From assembly GCF_006345805.1 (NCBI RefSeq), contig NC_043007.1, positions 8,742,001 through 8,806,000 of the forward strand: 64,000 bases of DNA. Reading direction: 5' to 3'. Shown here piece after piece: positions 48,297 to 61,918 of the stretch. This stretch comes from Octopus sinensis (taxonomy: Eukaryota). Below the pieces are notes generated by a model. It worked only from the letters and a program-made list of their open reading frames with translations. It had not been told where the DNA came from and searched no databases. A program made the translations under genes and the position numbers. How positions within the stretch are numbered: position 1 is the first letter of the stretch; the number at the start of each line of letters is the position of its first letter.

Positions 48297-49440
48297 GTCC
48301 GTGTATGCGCATCTATATTGTGAGGAAATTTTTTTCTTGCTGTTTATACATTCCAACAGAATCACGTGTTCAGCGCAAAACGTGTTGTAATGGCGACAAT
48401 GGAGACGGGAAAACTCAAAAAGAATGGCTTCTGATACAGGAACAAATGGTGAGAAAATTCCGGGTATGGTTTAGTCGATATCATCGATTCCATTAAGGTT
48501 GCTTTATTTTATAGACTCCCCGGAGAGATGACAAGCAAAGTTGACCTGAGCAATATTTGAACTCAGAACGCGAAGATCCGCCATAAATACTGTTATATAT
48601 TTTTGCCCTAAGTTTTAACGATTCTCATTGCTTACAGCCTTGGAAAAATAGTGATACACACATATAGAGAGACATTGATAATTTATAAACACACACACGC
48701 GCACACACATATAATATATATACATATATACTTCTCCCTGTGTGTAATATATTTATGGATTTATTTATTTGTGTGTGTGTGTATATGTATATATATATAA
48801 ATTACATATATATACATATATATACAAATTACATATATATATGCATATATATATAAATTATATATATATATAATTTATTTATATTTATAATTTATATATA
48901 AGTATACATATATATTTACATATGCATATATATACAAGCACATATATATATCTATATATATATATATATTACACACAGAGAGAAATATATATGTATATAT
49001 ATTATATGTGTGTGCGTGTGTGTGTATGTATGTATATTTCCATGCATATGTATATACTTATATATACGTATGTAAATATATATATATATATATATATTTA
49101 TGTGTGTGTGTGTGTTTATACATATTTATACATATTTATGCGTATGTACGTATTTATACGTTTATATGCGTACACACACATACAATATATATATATGTAT
49201 GTATATATATATACATGTGTATATATCATATATTGTCTCAATACAAAACTTAAAAGTGGTGGAAGATAAAGGGGAAGATGAAACAATAGAAAAAAGTCAA
49301 TTATCTTTAAAGAAAAGTTGAACCGTCGTTAATCTTACCATTGTTAAATGACGGACTTATTGGACAAAACACATACACATACACACAATTAAGGAATGAT
49401 AAAAGAACTGGAGTTACGTAATAACGGTTATTAGCTGTTT

Positions 49441-49754
49441 CTCCTTTAAGAATCATTGCACTCAAAGTTTCCGAGAAACCAGTCTCCGAGAAAGCTATAG
49501 GATGTGGCACAAGTAGATAACTCTGAGAATATATTCGCATTTTAGGCAGAATGCCGGTCCGCCACAAGACTGCTCAATTTTAATAGCTGCGGGGACTCTC
49601 CTTTGAGAATCATTGCACACATAGTTTCCGAGAAACCAGTCTCCGAGAAAGCTATAGGATGTGGCACAAGTAGATAGCTCTGAAAATATATTCGCATTTT
49701 AGGCAGAATGCCGGTCCATCACAAGATTGCCCATTTTTAACAACTGCGGGGACT
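49441..49754. repeat. 157-bp tandem duplication (2 units)
   Basis: Units 49441-49597 and 49598-49754. Confidence 0.92.
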
Positions 49755-49859
49755 GGAGCAACATGAAATTTTAGGGTTGGTCAGGTAGACAAAGTACGGC
49801 CCGGTCGAGGAATCGGAAACACAATCTTACGATAATGAGTGCTACACCCTAACAACTAA

Positions 49860-50241
49860 ACCACACATACATACATACATACATGCATGCATACATACAT
49901 ACATACATACATACATACATACATACATGCATTCTTGCATACATACATACATACATACATACATGCATACATACATAATTACATACATACATACATACAT
50001 GCATACATACATAATTACATACATACATGCATACATACATACATACAACATACATACATACATACATACATACATACTTGCATTCATGCTTGCATTCATA
50101 CATACATACATACATACATACATACATACATACACACGTACATACGTATATACATACATACATATATAAATACATATATAATTACATACATACATACATA
50201 CATACGTATATACATACATACATATATACATACATATATAA

Positions 50242-50272
<31 letters not shown>

Positions 50273-50315
50273 CATACATACATACATACATACATACATA
50301 CATACATACATGTAT
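49860..50315. repeat. Long imperfect (TACA)n microsatellite
   Basis: Direct reading; source of HTYI/MYVC ORFs. Confidence 0.95.
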
Positions 50316-50320
50316 ATATG

Positions 50321-50857
50321 CAGGGTGCAGAGAATATATTGTAGTCTAAATTACGCACAAAGTGAAAATAACGCTGACATCTCATTTTAAGAGATATATT
50401 TACCAACATTAAATAAAAATGTCTTGAAATACTAAAGAGTAAATTTATTCAATAAATTCGCCATTGGACGACTTCGGAATCTCATGCATCTCTTCTGGAT
50501 ATTCTCCTTGTTTAAGTTGGTGAATGCTGCCATAATGCTGGCCTTCGGTTCATCTTTGGTATTACAAGGGCTTGCGCCCCACACATATTAATCAAGGGGG
50601 TTGCAGTCTGGGGAATTAGGTAGCCAGATGTTAGGGGTGATATGGTCGCAGAAATTGTCTGACAGCCATCACTGGGTTCTCCCGCTTGTGAGGCATGGTG
50701 CAGAGTCCTGTTGCCAGCTATAGGGTGTTCCAGCAGCCACCCTCTTGAGCCAGGGCAGTCCCACCTCCTCAAGGCACTTGATGTAGGCCTCCGTATTGAA
50801 TCTGCGGCTGTATGAGTAGATGAGGTATAACGTCGCCATCACTAGTAGGACAAACAT
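50321..50857 (-). mobile_element. maT/DD37D-type Tc1-mariner remnant (3' end and TIR)
   Basis: TSDGDV; NTEAYIKCLEEV; WQQD-37 aa-NPLD (DD37D spacing counted, includes in-frame stops); ends NGEFIE* at 50445; terminus cagggtg. Confidence 0.9.
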
Positions 50858-51256
50858 TAAGAGCCGTTAGGCCAAGACGAATTGTAATGGGTAAAGCCCG
50901 GAAGAAATTCCTTAAGGAAATGGAGTAAATAGAAAGGTAAAGAGTAGAAGAGATAAAATGTCGGCTGGCGAAAGAAACGACGTTTAGCCCGGTGGCCATC
51001 CCCACCAGAAAAGACAGGGGTGAAAGAAATGGCCTGTAGTCACGTGTGAGCAAGAGACAGAGGGGGAAGAGGACAAGAGAGGATGAGGGAAGGAAACAAA
51101 GTGTGTGATGAGGAGAAGGGAGAAGGAACGAAAGATAGTAGGGAGTAGGAGAAAGACAGACAGAAGACAGCAAAGAAGGAGGAGAAGAATCGGAAAATAT
51201 ATAGGATTGTAGAGGCATTGAGAGATAGAAAGGAAACATAGTGTAGAGTTGCAGAA

Positions 51257-51630
51257 ATCTTTATATATAAAAGAGGGGTTGTGTGCTGTCTGTCTCCTAC
51301 GATTTAGATTCCTAACTACTCCCACATTTTGCGGTGCAGTTTAACCAAAACCGGGTATCTTATAGTCGTTATTCATATCGAGCCCTTCTGGGTATTAGCG
51401 CGCGTCTACGATGAGTCTACGATTAAAAAAAAAATTTACCATCATTTTTTTCCATTTTAATACATTTTTTTCGCTATTATATAAAGGAAGTAACTCTCTA
51501 AAAATGTCTACGATGAGTCAACGATTTAAAAAAAAAATTACCATAATTTTTTTTCCATTTTTAATGCAGTTTTTTGCTTATATAGTTATTTCCCTTACAA
51601 ACCCGAGCAACGCCGGGCGATACTGCTAGT
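51257..51630 (-). mobile_element. Helitron/HINE-like element (family of 5345/12458)
   Basis: Ends ccgagcaacgccgggcgatactgctagt; internal ~55-bp duplication tctacgatgagtc..acgatt...ccattttaat. Confidence 0.8.
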
Positions 51631-51634
51631 TATA

Positions 51635-51885
51635 TATAAATGTAAGAACTTACTGTGGACAAGGCTGCATGGCGTTCGATTATAAATAAATAAAAAATAC
51701 ATATTAAATAAAGGACATCACCAACAAGTGAAAAATACATAAACACACGAAATACAAGAACAGGACAAAATATCAAAAGAAGATAACTCGCTCATCAGTT
51801 GTCGACTGTTTTACTGAGCCATTTCGTGCTTTTAACGACAATATAGGAAAATTTCGTAAGACGGTAGCATCCAGAAATTTTATAC
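51635..51885 (-). mobile_element. pLTR-like element
   Basis: Minus strand gaaa-tggctc-agta...ctgatga followed by T-rich end toward TA-rich sequence. Confidence 0.45.
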
Positions 51886-52489
51886 ATACGGACATACATA
51901 CATGTGCATATATCCATGTGTACACACACATATATATGCAAACACATATGTGTATGCATATGTATGTTTGTTATGCACACACATATACACACATAAATGC
52001 ATGCATACATGCATACACACGTACATACACACGCGCGAATATAAATACGTATATAAAGAAATAGGCACGATTGGGACGTCTTTGATTTTAAGTTTGCTCA
52101 GTGAAAGTTGCTTTAGTGTTAAATAATTAAAGCAATAATTAATCTAATAAAATGTTTCCCTTTTTTTTTCTTCACACACATCAATGACTTCTCGTGTCGT
52201 ACTTATACCTTTCAGTTGAATCACACCACCTCTCCATTTGTTCTGTACAAGTACCAGCTTATCCTCGTTGCACAGTTTTTACCTTCTAATTAAGTCTGTC
52301 TAACTGCTAGAAAGAGCAGCTATTCATCATAAAAAGTGTACAACCAACTGTCACCTGCAAGCGAATATGACTTCGTAGCGCGATCTGTGATTTCGGTTTT
52401 TGTTTTAGTTAGACACTAGCAGACGACAGACACTCTCACACACCGCTCATTCTTCACGCGGCAGAATTCCTTAGATATAGAAACAAGGG

Positions 52490-52495
52490 AGAGAG

Positions 52496-52553
<58 letters not shown>

Positions 52554-52905
52554 AAGAAAAAGAGAGATGGAGGCAGAGGGAGAGGCAGGGAGACAGAGTC
52601 AGTGCGAGAGATCGAGAGAAGGAGGGGTAGGAAGTGAGGGAGGGAGAGGGGAGGGAAAAGGAGAAAGGGACAGAGAGGGAAATAGTGACGGTGAGAGAGA
52701 GAAAGAAGGAGAGAAACAGAGAGAAAGAGTGCGAGAGAGGGAGGGATTGGGAGTGAAGGGAAGAGGGGGAGGAGAAAGAGTAAGAGAAAGGGAGGGAGAG
52801 AGAAATAAGGAGAGAAGGAGAGAGTGAGGGAAGAAGAGAGAGAGAAAGGAGAGAGACAGAGAGAGAGAGAGAGGGGAAAAGAGAAACAGGGGAAGAGAGA
52901 GCAGG
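52490..52905. repeat. Polypurine (GA-rich) low-complexity tract
   Basis: Direct reading. Confidence 0.85.
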
Positions 52906-53487
52906 GTTACACCATCACTCAATTGATACGCATTACAGTTAAGTAGATTGGAGCATCGTAAAATAAAGTACTTTGCTCAAAGAAACAATGCAATGCTCTG
53001 TTCAAGAATTGAAATGCCGACCTCATGATTAAAATCCAAATTTCATAGCCACTTGGCCACGACTCTCCCCGTCTTAAAAAATGACGGAGGTCATATCAAA
53101 TAATAGCCCTACACACGCTGAAAAGACGGGATGTTCATAGAAGGGTTTCAGGTTCTCATTTTCAGATGAGTAGACTTGAACGAAGTGAAATGGAATACCT
53201 TGCTCAAGGAGAAAACGTCCCCCCCCCCTCCAGCATCAAACGTACCTCCAGGTAACATGAGATCGGGTTCAGATTACCAGGGAGTTGAAAGAAATCAACA
53301 TCAAATTACTTCCGGTGGTAATTCCAAATCGATATCCTTGCCCCACCCTCAGATTACCCTATTCAAATCTTTCCCCAAATATTCATTGCTCTGGTTGCAA
53401 ATGAAAGAATCATTATACCCTCATTAGAATCATTAATTTTCTTCAGCAAAATATATTTTTTTAAAGGCTTCATAAAAATGTTTGGGG

Positions 53488-53660
53488 AGGCGCAGGAGTG
53501 GCTGTGTGGTAAGTAGCTTGCTAATCAACCACATGGTTCCGGGTTCAGTCCCACTGCGTGGCATCTTGGGCAAGTGTCTTCTGCTATAGCCCCGGGCCGA
53601 CCAATGCCTTGTGAGTGGATTAGGTAGACGGAAACTGAAAGAAGCCTGTCGTATATATGT

Positions 53661-53703
<43 letters not shown>

Positions 53704-53933
53704 ATGTGTGTGTGTGTGTGTGTGTGTATGTCTGTGTTTGTCCCCCTAGCATTGCTTGACAACCGATGCTGGTGTGTTTACGTCCCCGTCACTTAGCGGT
53801 TCGGCAAAAGAGACCGATAGAATAAGTACTGGGCTTACAAAGAATAAGTCCTGGGGTCGATTTGCTCGACTAAAGGCGGTGCTCCAGCATGGCCGCAGTC
53901 AAATGACTGAAACAAGTAAAAAGAAAGAAAGAA
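53488..53933 (+). mobile_element. SINE B, full length
   Basis: Complete head, CORE-like body, internal microsatellite and tail. Confidence 0.92.
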
Positions 53934-54023
53934 TGTTTAAAAAATACAATATTCTTTTTTATCATTTTCACATTTTAAGACTGACTTCAATCTTGAATGT
54001 TACACGCGTTTAATGTTATAAAT

Positions 54024-54299
54024 CAGTTGTTCCGAAAGTGGGCTGTACAGCCCCACTAGGGTAGGTGCAGGAATCCAGTGGGTGCTGAAGAAAAGTGAGG
54101 CAATGATGGGGTGGCCAAATCGGGGCGACGGGTGTAAAAACAACAAAGTAATGGGTTAATCAGGTTAAGTTTTAATTGTGAAATAAATAGTTGTTTTGAA
54201 TTTGCTTCAGAAAGTGGTCTATGTTTGTGAAGGTGAGAGGGGACTCAGTGTGACTTGGGTGCCAGAGGTTGGCAGCTCGAAAAAGTTCGGAAATCACTG
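54024..54299. mobile_element. hAT MITE with degenerate 8-bp TSD
   Basis: TIRs cagttgttccgaa / ttcggaaatcactg; flanks ttataaat / ctataaac (6/8). Confidence 0.75.
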
Positions 54300-54604
54300 C
54301 TATAAACGTATTATGAGCTGCAAGAATTAGAATCTACCAATTTAACGGAATCAGAGAGAAGATGAGAACAGTGCAGAGGTCATATGAAATGGCATGCAGT
54401 CTATCCACGAGGGTAATATGAAATCAATTTTAGATTAAAGGGATTACAGAGAGGTAACTCGAAATAGTGGATGAGGGGCGGGGGAAGATTTACGTTGAAG
54501 AATTTACATCGGTTCTTGTATGCGAAGCTGGGCTAGCCATAAGTTTTAATGTACTAAAAGCCTTTTTTTTTTACTGAATAAGCCCTTGTTTTTCTTTTTT
54601 TCAT

Positions 54605-54846
54605 TATATGCGGCATCCCTTCCAGTCGGTTGGACCCATTGATTGTTAATCGAAAGGTATGGAAATCAGTTTGTGATGCTGGAGTAGAGTGCTTTGAAAC
54701 TGAACACAAGAGACTGCATGAAGAGAGGAGGAGACGTCGTCATCAAACCCATGTAGCTGTCGTTCGGGGTCACTTTTAGCGCTCTTAGTGCCACAAGATC
54801 TGCGTATCTTGTATCAGTCTCATTAGCCACATCCACTCCCATGGGG
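54605..54846 (+). pseudogene. RTE-clade LINE 3' end (C-terminal helix and zinc-finger-like motif)
   Basis: CGIPSSRLDPLIVNRKVWKSVCDAGVECFETEHKRLHEERRRRR...CHKICVSCISLISHIHSH. Confidence 0.8.
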
Positions 54847-55364
54847 GAAAAAAGTGTTGGAGACAGAGGAGGATAAATGTCTTAGATTGACGCTCTCATC
54901 ACCTCTGATACGATATCATAAGCAAGCACACGCATCAGAAATTGGGCGATGTCCTATAAACCCGTGCGTCTCTTATGCTATCAAAAACGTAAATTGGAAA
55001 CGGATTGGTCAAGATTTTATACCACAGGAGTCTCCTCGAAATAACGTAGCGGGTGCTAAAATGGCGGAAATTAACCAAAAGATGGCTCGAGATTGCAGCA
55101 CTGAGAGAGTGTCGATTATTTGCAATTAGTTAGTGCAATATAGTGTCAATGAACTGTAGTATCTACACCAACTTATCTCTGCCGAGCAATCAAGTGAGAA
55201 ACAAAAGAATCGGAATGAAGAAATCTAAACGAAGTAACAGGCTTTCTTTTGAAGTTGTCATGAAACGACGGTACGCTATGTTTGTATATGGGTTTGTGTA
55301 TGTGAGTTTGTACATATGTATTTTCTGTGTTTGTGTGTATGTGTAAATATAAATATGTATATAT

Positions 55365-55442
<78 letters not shown>

Positions 55443-55467
55443 TGTATATATATATATATACATATAT

Positions 55468-55567
55468 NNNNNNNNNNNNNNNNNNNNNNNNNNNNNNNNN
55501 NNNNNNNNNNNNNNNNNNNNNNNNNNNNNNNNNNNNNNNNNNNNNNNNNNNNNNNNNNNNNNNNNNN
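55468..55567. other. Assembly gap (100 N) at a (TA)n tract
   Basis: Run of exactly 100 N. Confidence 0.99.
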
Positions 55568-55654
55568 TACATGCATACTTACAAACATGATGGCTGCAAA
55601 CTCGTGTTACGACCCCATTTTTTCAAGCGATGCCTGTGAATGATGATTTTTTAT

Positions 55655-56087
55655 TGTGGGGGAAGGATTTGCACAAATCCAGTTCCATTCTTTGAACATG
55701 GACAACATAAACTCAAAAGAAGAACTAAATCTACTTTAATCAAATATTGTTAGTATCGAAGGTTTTCTCTCCGATTTTACGTCTCCTAGAACGCTGTGAC
55801 AACAACAGAAGGGCCTTCCACTCCCAGTGGGCCAGCCGCGCGCCTGGACACCAACCCAGTCATTTCCACGTCCCCGAGCATATGTACATGCAGATATACA
55901 AGTGGCCGTTGATTACTCGTGATCTCTTCTGCCCTTTGGCAGGTCTTACTTTTCGTCCTGAAGGGTGTCCTACAGTCACTCCTCTCACCAAGCAAGCTTG
56001 ATGGGGTTGCTAGTTTAGTCGCCGACGACCCGACGATGTAGCAGGTTGTACTGGGTTACATGTTACCAGTAGCGCCCAAGTGCGACC
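55655..56087 (-). mobile_element. RTE-like LINE 5' end (5' UTR + decayed AP-endonuclease start)
   Basis: Minus strand VVTAF*ET (cf. AVQETRW) and KNGTGFV (cf. GVGF); 5' UTR with ctaaactagcaacc. Confidence 0.55.
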
Positions 56088-56744
56088 TGACATACATACA
56101 TACAAACACACATGTACAAGCACACCGCACGCACAGTTTACCACTCCATTGCTGGTAGATTAAAAAAACAATGTACTCCATTCCGGGTGAGATAAATATT
56201 TAATAAACACAGAATTTAAATGTGAACAACGATAAATTTCATGCTTTAATAGTACAGAAACCGGACAGGCTTATATAATGTAGCATGTGTTATCCTACAA
56301 TCCTCGAAGCTCATCGCACTTAACTGATGAACGTAGGCGATTAAACTGCTAAATAAAGCAGCTACTTCCATAAACATTTGCGCTGTATGTATTGAAAAAT
56401 GACAATTTGATCGATGGATTCATTGTCATATGAGAAATGATGTCGTTCAAAACTGGTGGTTAAAGGTATCGTCAAACATATACACGGAAATAATAAGATT
56501 TGAAATTATTTCGTTGATTAGTTGCGTAAAAATTTCGCTATTTTTGATTTAAAAAGGGACACCTTAAACGCAGTACTTTTTCTCTTCACGGAATGTGTAT
56601 TTGTCGAAACCAAGGAACGCCATTTTATTCATTGTTGCATTTGGTCTGAATTGAGAACGATAGAATGGTTACTTCTCGAACACTATTGATCGGGATATGT
56701 CTGTTTTGATGAAGAAACTTTGGATTATACAACAAAAACACTGT

Positions 56745-56780
<36 letters not shown>

Positions 56781-57267
56781 TATACTACACACTAAATGCT
56801 ATAACTTAACTATTTAATCATAGGAGAACAGACAAACGCATAGATTCTTTTGCCAAACCTAATGTTTCCTGTTCAATTACAAAGCGTAGATTAATTGTTC
56901 TTATATGTTTAAACGACTTTCTTGATAATAGAATAAATGTGTAAATAATTTAATTGAAATAGGTCAGTATAGATAGTATTTAATTCCGTATTGATTGCCA
57001 TATTTGTAATCTCGACTCTTCGCATAAAAGAATTGCCAGAAGAGAAGAGATCGGAAGTTTTGTTAGCTTCCAAGATTCCACTGAAATATATCACTGCACA
57101 ATGAGTAAATCTTTTTTCGGTTTATCACATTCATTATGTCTGTGACCGTAGTTTCTACTTTGTAATCATTAGGAAAGCTTCATGTTCCAAGATTTTCTGA
57201 TTCTCAAGTAAAAAATTTCTATAACTTTTACACGTTCTCCGTTGTTTATCCACACACACACATACAA

Positions 57268-57455
57268 AATGCATAGCGGTATTTCGCCCATCGCTGCGTT
57301 CTGAGTTCAAATTCCGCCGAGGTCAACTTTGCTTTTCATCCTTTCGGGGTCGATAAATTAAGCACCAGTTGAGTAGTGGGGGGGGGGGCGTCCATGTAAC
57401 CGACTTGCCCCATCCCTCAAGATTTCAGGCCATATGCCTATAGCAGAAAGGATTA
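57268..57455 (+). mobile_element. SINE A, short tail, followed by (ATT)n to ~57606
   Basis: Family-A body and ggccatatgcctatagcagaaaggatt tail. Confidence 0.82.
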
Positions 57456-58593
57456 TTATTATCATTATTATTATTTTTATTTTTATTATTATTATTATCA
57501 TTATTATTATTATTATTATTTTATTATTATTATTATTGTTACTATTATTATTATTTTATTATTATTATTATTATTATTATTAATATATTATTATTAATTA
57601 TTATTACCAGTCCGTAGTCCTTTTACCCAAATAATCCACCCTTATATAATGCATCCTCAGATAATATATTGGAGCCTTTTACGAATTTGAATTATGACAT
57701 GATGGCATCCATTTCTATCTTCATAGGACTACCCCTTTTATAATATCTTATAACTGTTTTATTCTTCTCCTTTCTTTACAGCAGATTGTTTCTCCCTATC
57801 ACCTCTCTCTCTCTCTCTCTCTCTCCTTTATGCCATAGTATCCTCTGTGCTTCCATACATCGTCTCAGTTTAAATACGTCAAATTCACTTCACTCAAATT
57901 TCCTTCGCAAAAGTTTAATCTTACTGCTTCATCGTTGGAGATTTAATTCCACCAACACCCACCCATCCAGCCCCTCTTCAACTTAAAATTCTAATTCCTT
58001 ATCCGAAATATTGCCTGAGTAAATAGATAAATAAACTAATTAACAACTACGTTGCATTTCCTTTAATTGCATCGTTGATAATAATTGCAAAATTATGCCT
58101 TCATATGCATTCTGTATACAAACATGGTTGAAATAAATAAATACACGTTGACGTGAGGTTGCAAATATATACTAATATACACCCTAATACAAACTTAGAG
58201 ATACATAAATAATCATGCGTGTATGCGTGTGTGTGTGTATATGTGTGTTTGTACACTAAAGAATACACATGTTCCATAAGTTACACAAACAAGTATAACA
58301 ATATCAAACTATACATATCAATATGTAAATACGTACAAAGAGATAAATTATGCGCATGTATATCAATCATGACGCATATACAACTGGCAAGAATGAAGGC
58401 GTGGAGTAAAGCAATGTATATATATAATATATATAATATATATATTATATATAATATATATATGTATGTATATATATATGTATATATATATATGTATGTA
58501 TGTATAGTATATATTATATATCTATATATATATATATATATAATATATATATATAATATATATATATAATGTGTGTGTGCGTGTTTGTATATA

Positions 58594-58969
58594 CTCTTTT
58601 ACTCTTTTACTTGTTACAGTCAATTTACTGCTGCCATGCTGGAGCGCCGGCTTTTAGTCGAGGAAATCGACACCAGGACTTTTCTTTGTAAGCCTAGTAC
58701 TTATTCTATCGGTCCCTCTTAGCCGAACCACTAAGTTACGAGGACGTAAGCACACCAGCATCGGTTGTCAAGCGATGGTTTGGGGAGACAAACACAGACA
58801 CACAACACACACAAACACACACACACACACACACACACCACACCACACACACACACACACACATACACACCCACCACACACAACACACATATATATAATA
58901 TATACATATACATATATATATATACATACATACACACACACATAATATATAATAAATATAAATATATAT

Positions 58970-59000
<31 letters not shown>

Positions 59001-59104
59001 TATCATATATACGACGGGCTTCTTTCAGTTTGAGTCTACCAAATCCACTCACGCGGCTTTGGTCGGCCGAGGCTATAGTAGAAGACACTTGCCTAAGGTG
59101 CCAC
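58594..59104 (-). mobile_element. SINE B (headless) with expanded internal microsatellite
   Basis: Tail at 58594, ~220-bp (CA)/(TA) interior, ends at ggtgccac. Confidence 0.85.
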
Positions 59105-59458
59105 CTGGTTCCGGGTTGAGTCCCACTGCGTGGAACCTTGGGCAAGTGTCCTCTACTCTAGCCTCGGGCTGACCAAAGCCTTGTGAGTGGATTTGGGAGA
59201 CGGAAATTGAAAGAAGCCCGTTGTGCATATATATACATATGCTTGTGTATATGTTTGTGTGTCTCTGTTTGTACCCCACCCAACATTGCTTGACAACCGA
59301 TGGTTGTGTGTTTACGTACCCGTGACTTAGCAGTTCGGCAAAAGAGACCGATAGAATAAGTACTAGGCTTACAAAAAATAAGTGCTGGGGTCGATTTGTT
59401 CCACTAAAGGCTGTGCTCCAGCATGGTCGCAGTCAAATGACTCAAACATGTAAAAGGG
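59105..59458 (+). mobile_element. SINE B (5'-truncated), head-to-head with previous copy
   Basis: Starts tggttccgggttgagtcccactgcg immediately after the minus copy. Confidence 0.85.
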
Positions 59459-59654
59459 TAATACTAACACCGTTTGTCAAATTGTGATGGTGGTCAAACA
59501 CACACTTACAACCACACCCAAACAATCACACATAAATACATGTATACATACAGCGACATAGATAGATAGATAGAGAGAGAAAGACACTCACACACACATA
59601 TAGAAAGGGAGATTGTTCTTTATAAGGAACAAATACTCAAAATGAGGTCTAGGT

Positions 59655-59996
59655 CAGAGGTTCTCAACCATTTTTATCTATGGATCCCTTTGATTATCAT
59701 TTTATTTAGTTGGGCCCCCACAGCCATTCGATGCTTAAAAACTAGTTTTAAAGAAAATTTTTCACAATTCCTATTATGCTTTATACACATCAGCTTCTGT
59801 AGGTTGAACAATATAAAATGTTAGAGAAAGAAACGTAGCTGTTTCTAGATTACATACCAATATATCTAAAGCAAAATTTTTTAAAGGATCCTAAAAATAC
59901 TACTCAGGGTCTCTAATTTACTATTTTACTGCATGGACCTCCATAAATCTTATATGGACCATTTGGAGTCATATGGCCCCCAGTTGAGAACCAGTG
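59655..59996. mobile_element. hAT MITE, same family as 35287, inverted
   Basis: TIRs cagaggttctcaacc / agttgagaaccagtg. Confidence 0.8.
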
Positions 59997-60787
59997 TTCT
60001 TAATCATTGTATTAAACAATATTAACATATAATTTGTTTTATCATCGATATGCTCAAATCTTTGAACTATGACACTGTTATACGACCACTGAGTAACGTT
60101 CGTGGTTGCTTCTAGTAAGTAAAATAATTTGATCTAATATCGATCTGCTAATAATATCTATCGTGCTTTTAGTACGATTGATTATTCTGCGACTGGGGTT
60201 AAGGTTGAAATTAGCTTTGCGATCCGACATTGTAACAAATTCTATACATATGGATTAAGTTTTTCCAGTCTATCGTCGATATCTCATTTAGTGTTTATAA
60301 TATTTATTTTCTAATTAACGTTGTTATGTGTCTCGTGGCTAGTTTATTTGTGTTTTAGTGCACACTTAACTCAATTCTATGTAATTTAATGCATGTACCC
60401 CAAACGAATGGTTACAGTACAACGTATTGCCCATAATATGTTGTCCACTACTTGTCCGCGGTATTCTATGAGGAAGTGTTTGCGTTAACATTATTATATA
60501 CATTGTGCAGCATGAAATGACAAACGCTGTAGTTTTCTCCATTTGAAACATTGACTTAGCTTCCAATTACAGATGAAATTATGGCTATGTAATATATAGA
60601 CATATAAGATCATTGTTGAATCATATGTACGATATATATATATCAGATGATACACATAGAGGCGCGTCATGGTTCCAGGTTCACACCAACTGTGTGCCCA
60701 ACTTTGACTAGTGTCTTTCATTATTGCCTCGAGCCGACCAAAGCATTGTGAAAGGATTTGATAGACGGATACTGAAAGAACACTCAC

Positions 60788-60823
<36 letters not shown>

Positions 60824-60955
60824 TAAGAACAAACTTACTTAGAAATGGATGCGTGCGTTCTGTCGTGTAATAGAAAATTAATAAATAAAACATATACATA
60901 TATACATACATATATGTACGTACCTACATCTACATGTGTATATACATGCATATAT

Positions 60956-61560
60956 GGGTACAGCACACCAAAAAACAACGTCGAACACAATGAGAAACGA
61001 AAACATTAAACACAAAACCAAGGAACTGGACATTTTTCTTAAACAACGAAAAAAATAGAGTACAAGACAAATAACACAAGGAAAATTCCCCATCTTCAGT
61101 CGCCATGGTTTCATCTACTCTGCGTTTCGAAGGCGAAGGCGAGACGCAACTTCGACTGAAACATTCCTTCCCGCAAAAAGCAAATTAAATAAAATTTGAG
61201 ATTTTTTTGTGGAGGGGTAAAAATGGTAACAAAAACAGGACAGTAACGACAGTACAAAATATAAACAGTAAAAGACAGGACAAGGAGAATAACAGTAACA
61301 CAGACAAGAAGGGCTGTTAAGCCGAACGAGATAAAATATTACGAACGCTATTTTTGAAGAAGGGCGGAAGAGCCACAGAAAATGCCGCCGTCTGCACTCG
61401 GGTGAAGCAAGGTCAGAAAAGACAGTAGCTTCCTCATCGCTAACCAGCGACGGGACAGGGGAGGAGGAGAGAAAAAAGAGGAATGGTTGTAGAGAAAACC
61501 AGAAAGAATGTCTCTCCCTCCCTCTCATTCTTCATTCTTTCTGGTTTTCTCCACCACCAT
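60956..61560 (-). mobile_element. pLTR-like element abutting TA-rich microsatellite
   Basis: Minus strand: pyrimidine-rich block, hairpin, gaaa-cgcag-agta...ctgaaga, T-rich end. Confidence 0.5.
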
Positions 61561-61792
61561 TCCTCTTTTTTCTCTTATAATCGATCAATGTGGAATGACT
61601 ACAGAAAAAAGTCGAAAAATAGGGCATATAAACCACTACGTTGACGGAAAATAAGTAAGTTTTCTCGTACGCGCAACAAGTGGGTTATTATTTACACCAA
61701 CATACAACCCTGCTGGTACTTTTCTCCGTTAGGGGCTTATAATTAGATTTCTTTAGGCATTGCATGGTGATCGCTTGTCAGCTTTAGGCTTA

Positions 61793-61830
<38 letters not shown>

Positions 61831-61837
61831 ACACACA

Positions 61838-61913
<76 letters not shown>

Positions 61914-61918
61914 GATAT

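Noticed and set aside
50860-51255. Segment between maT remnant and HINE resembling 44860-45050 in layout (gtcacgtg + GA-rich run)
   Set aside because: Similar in composition but not alignable by eye; cannot be classified.
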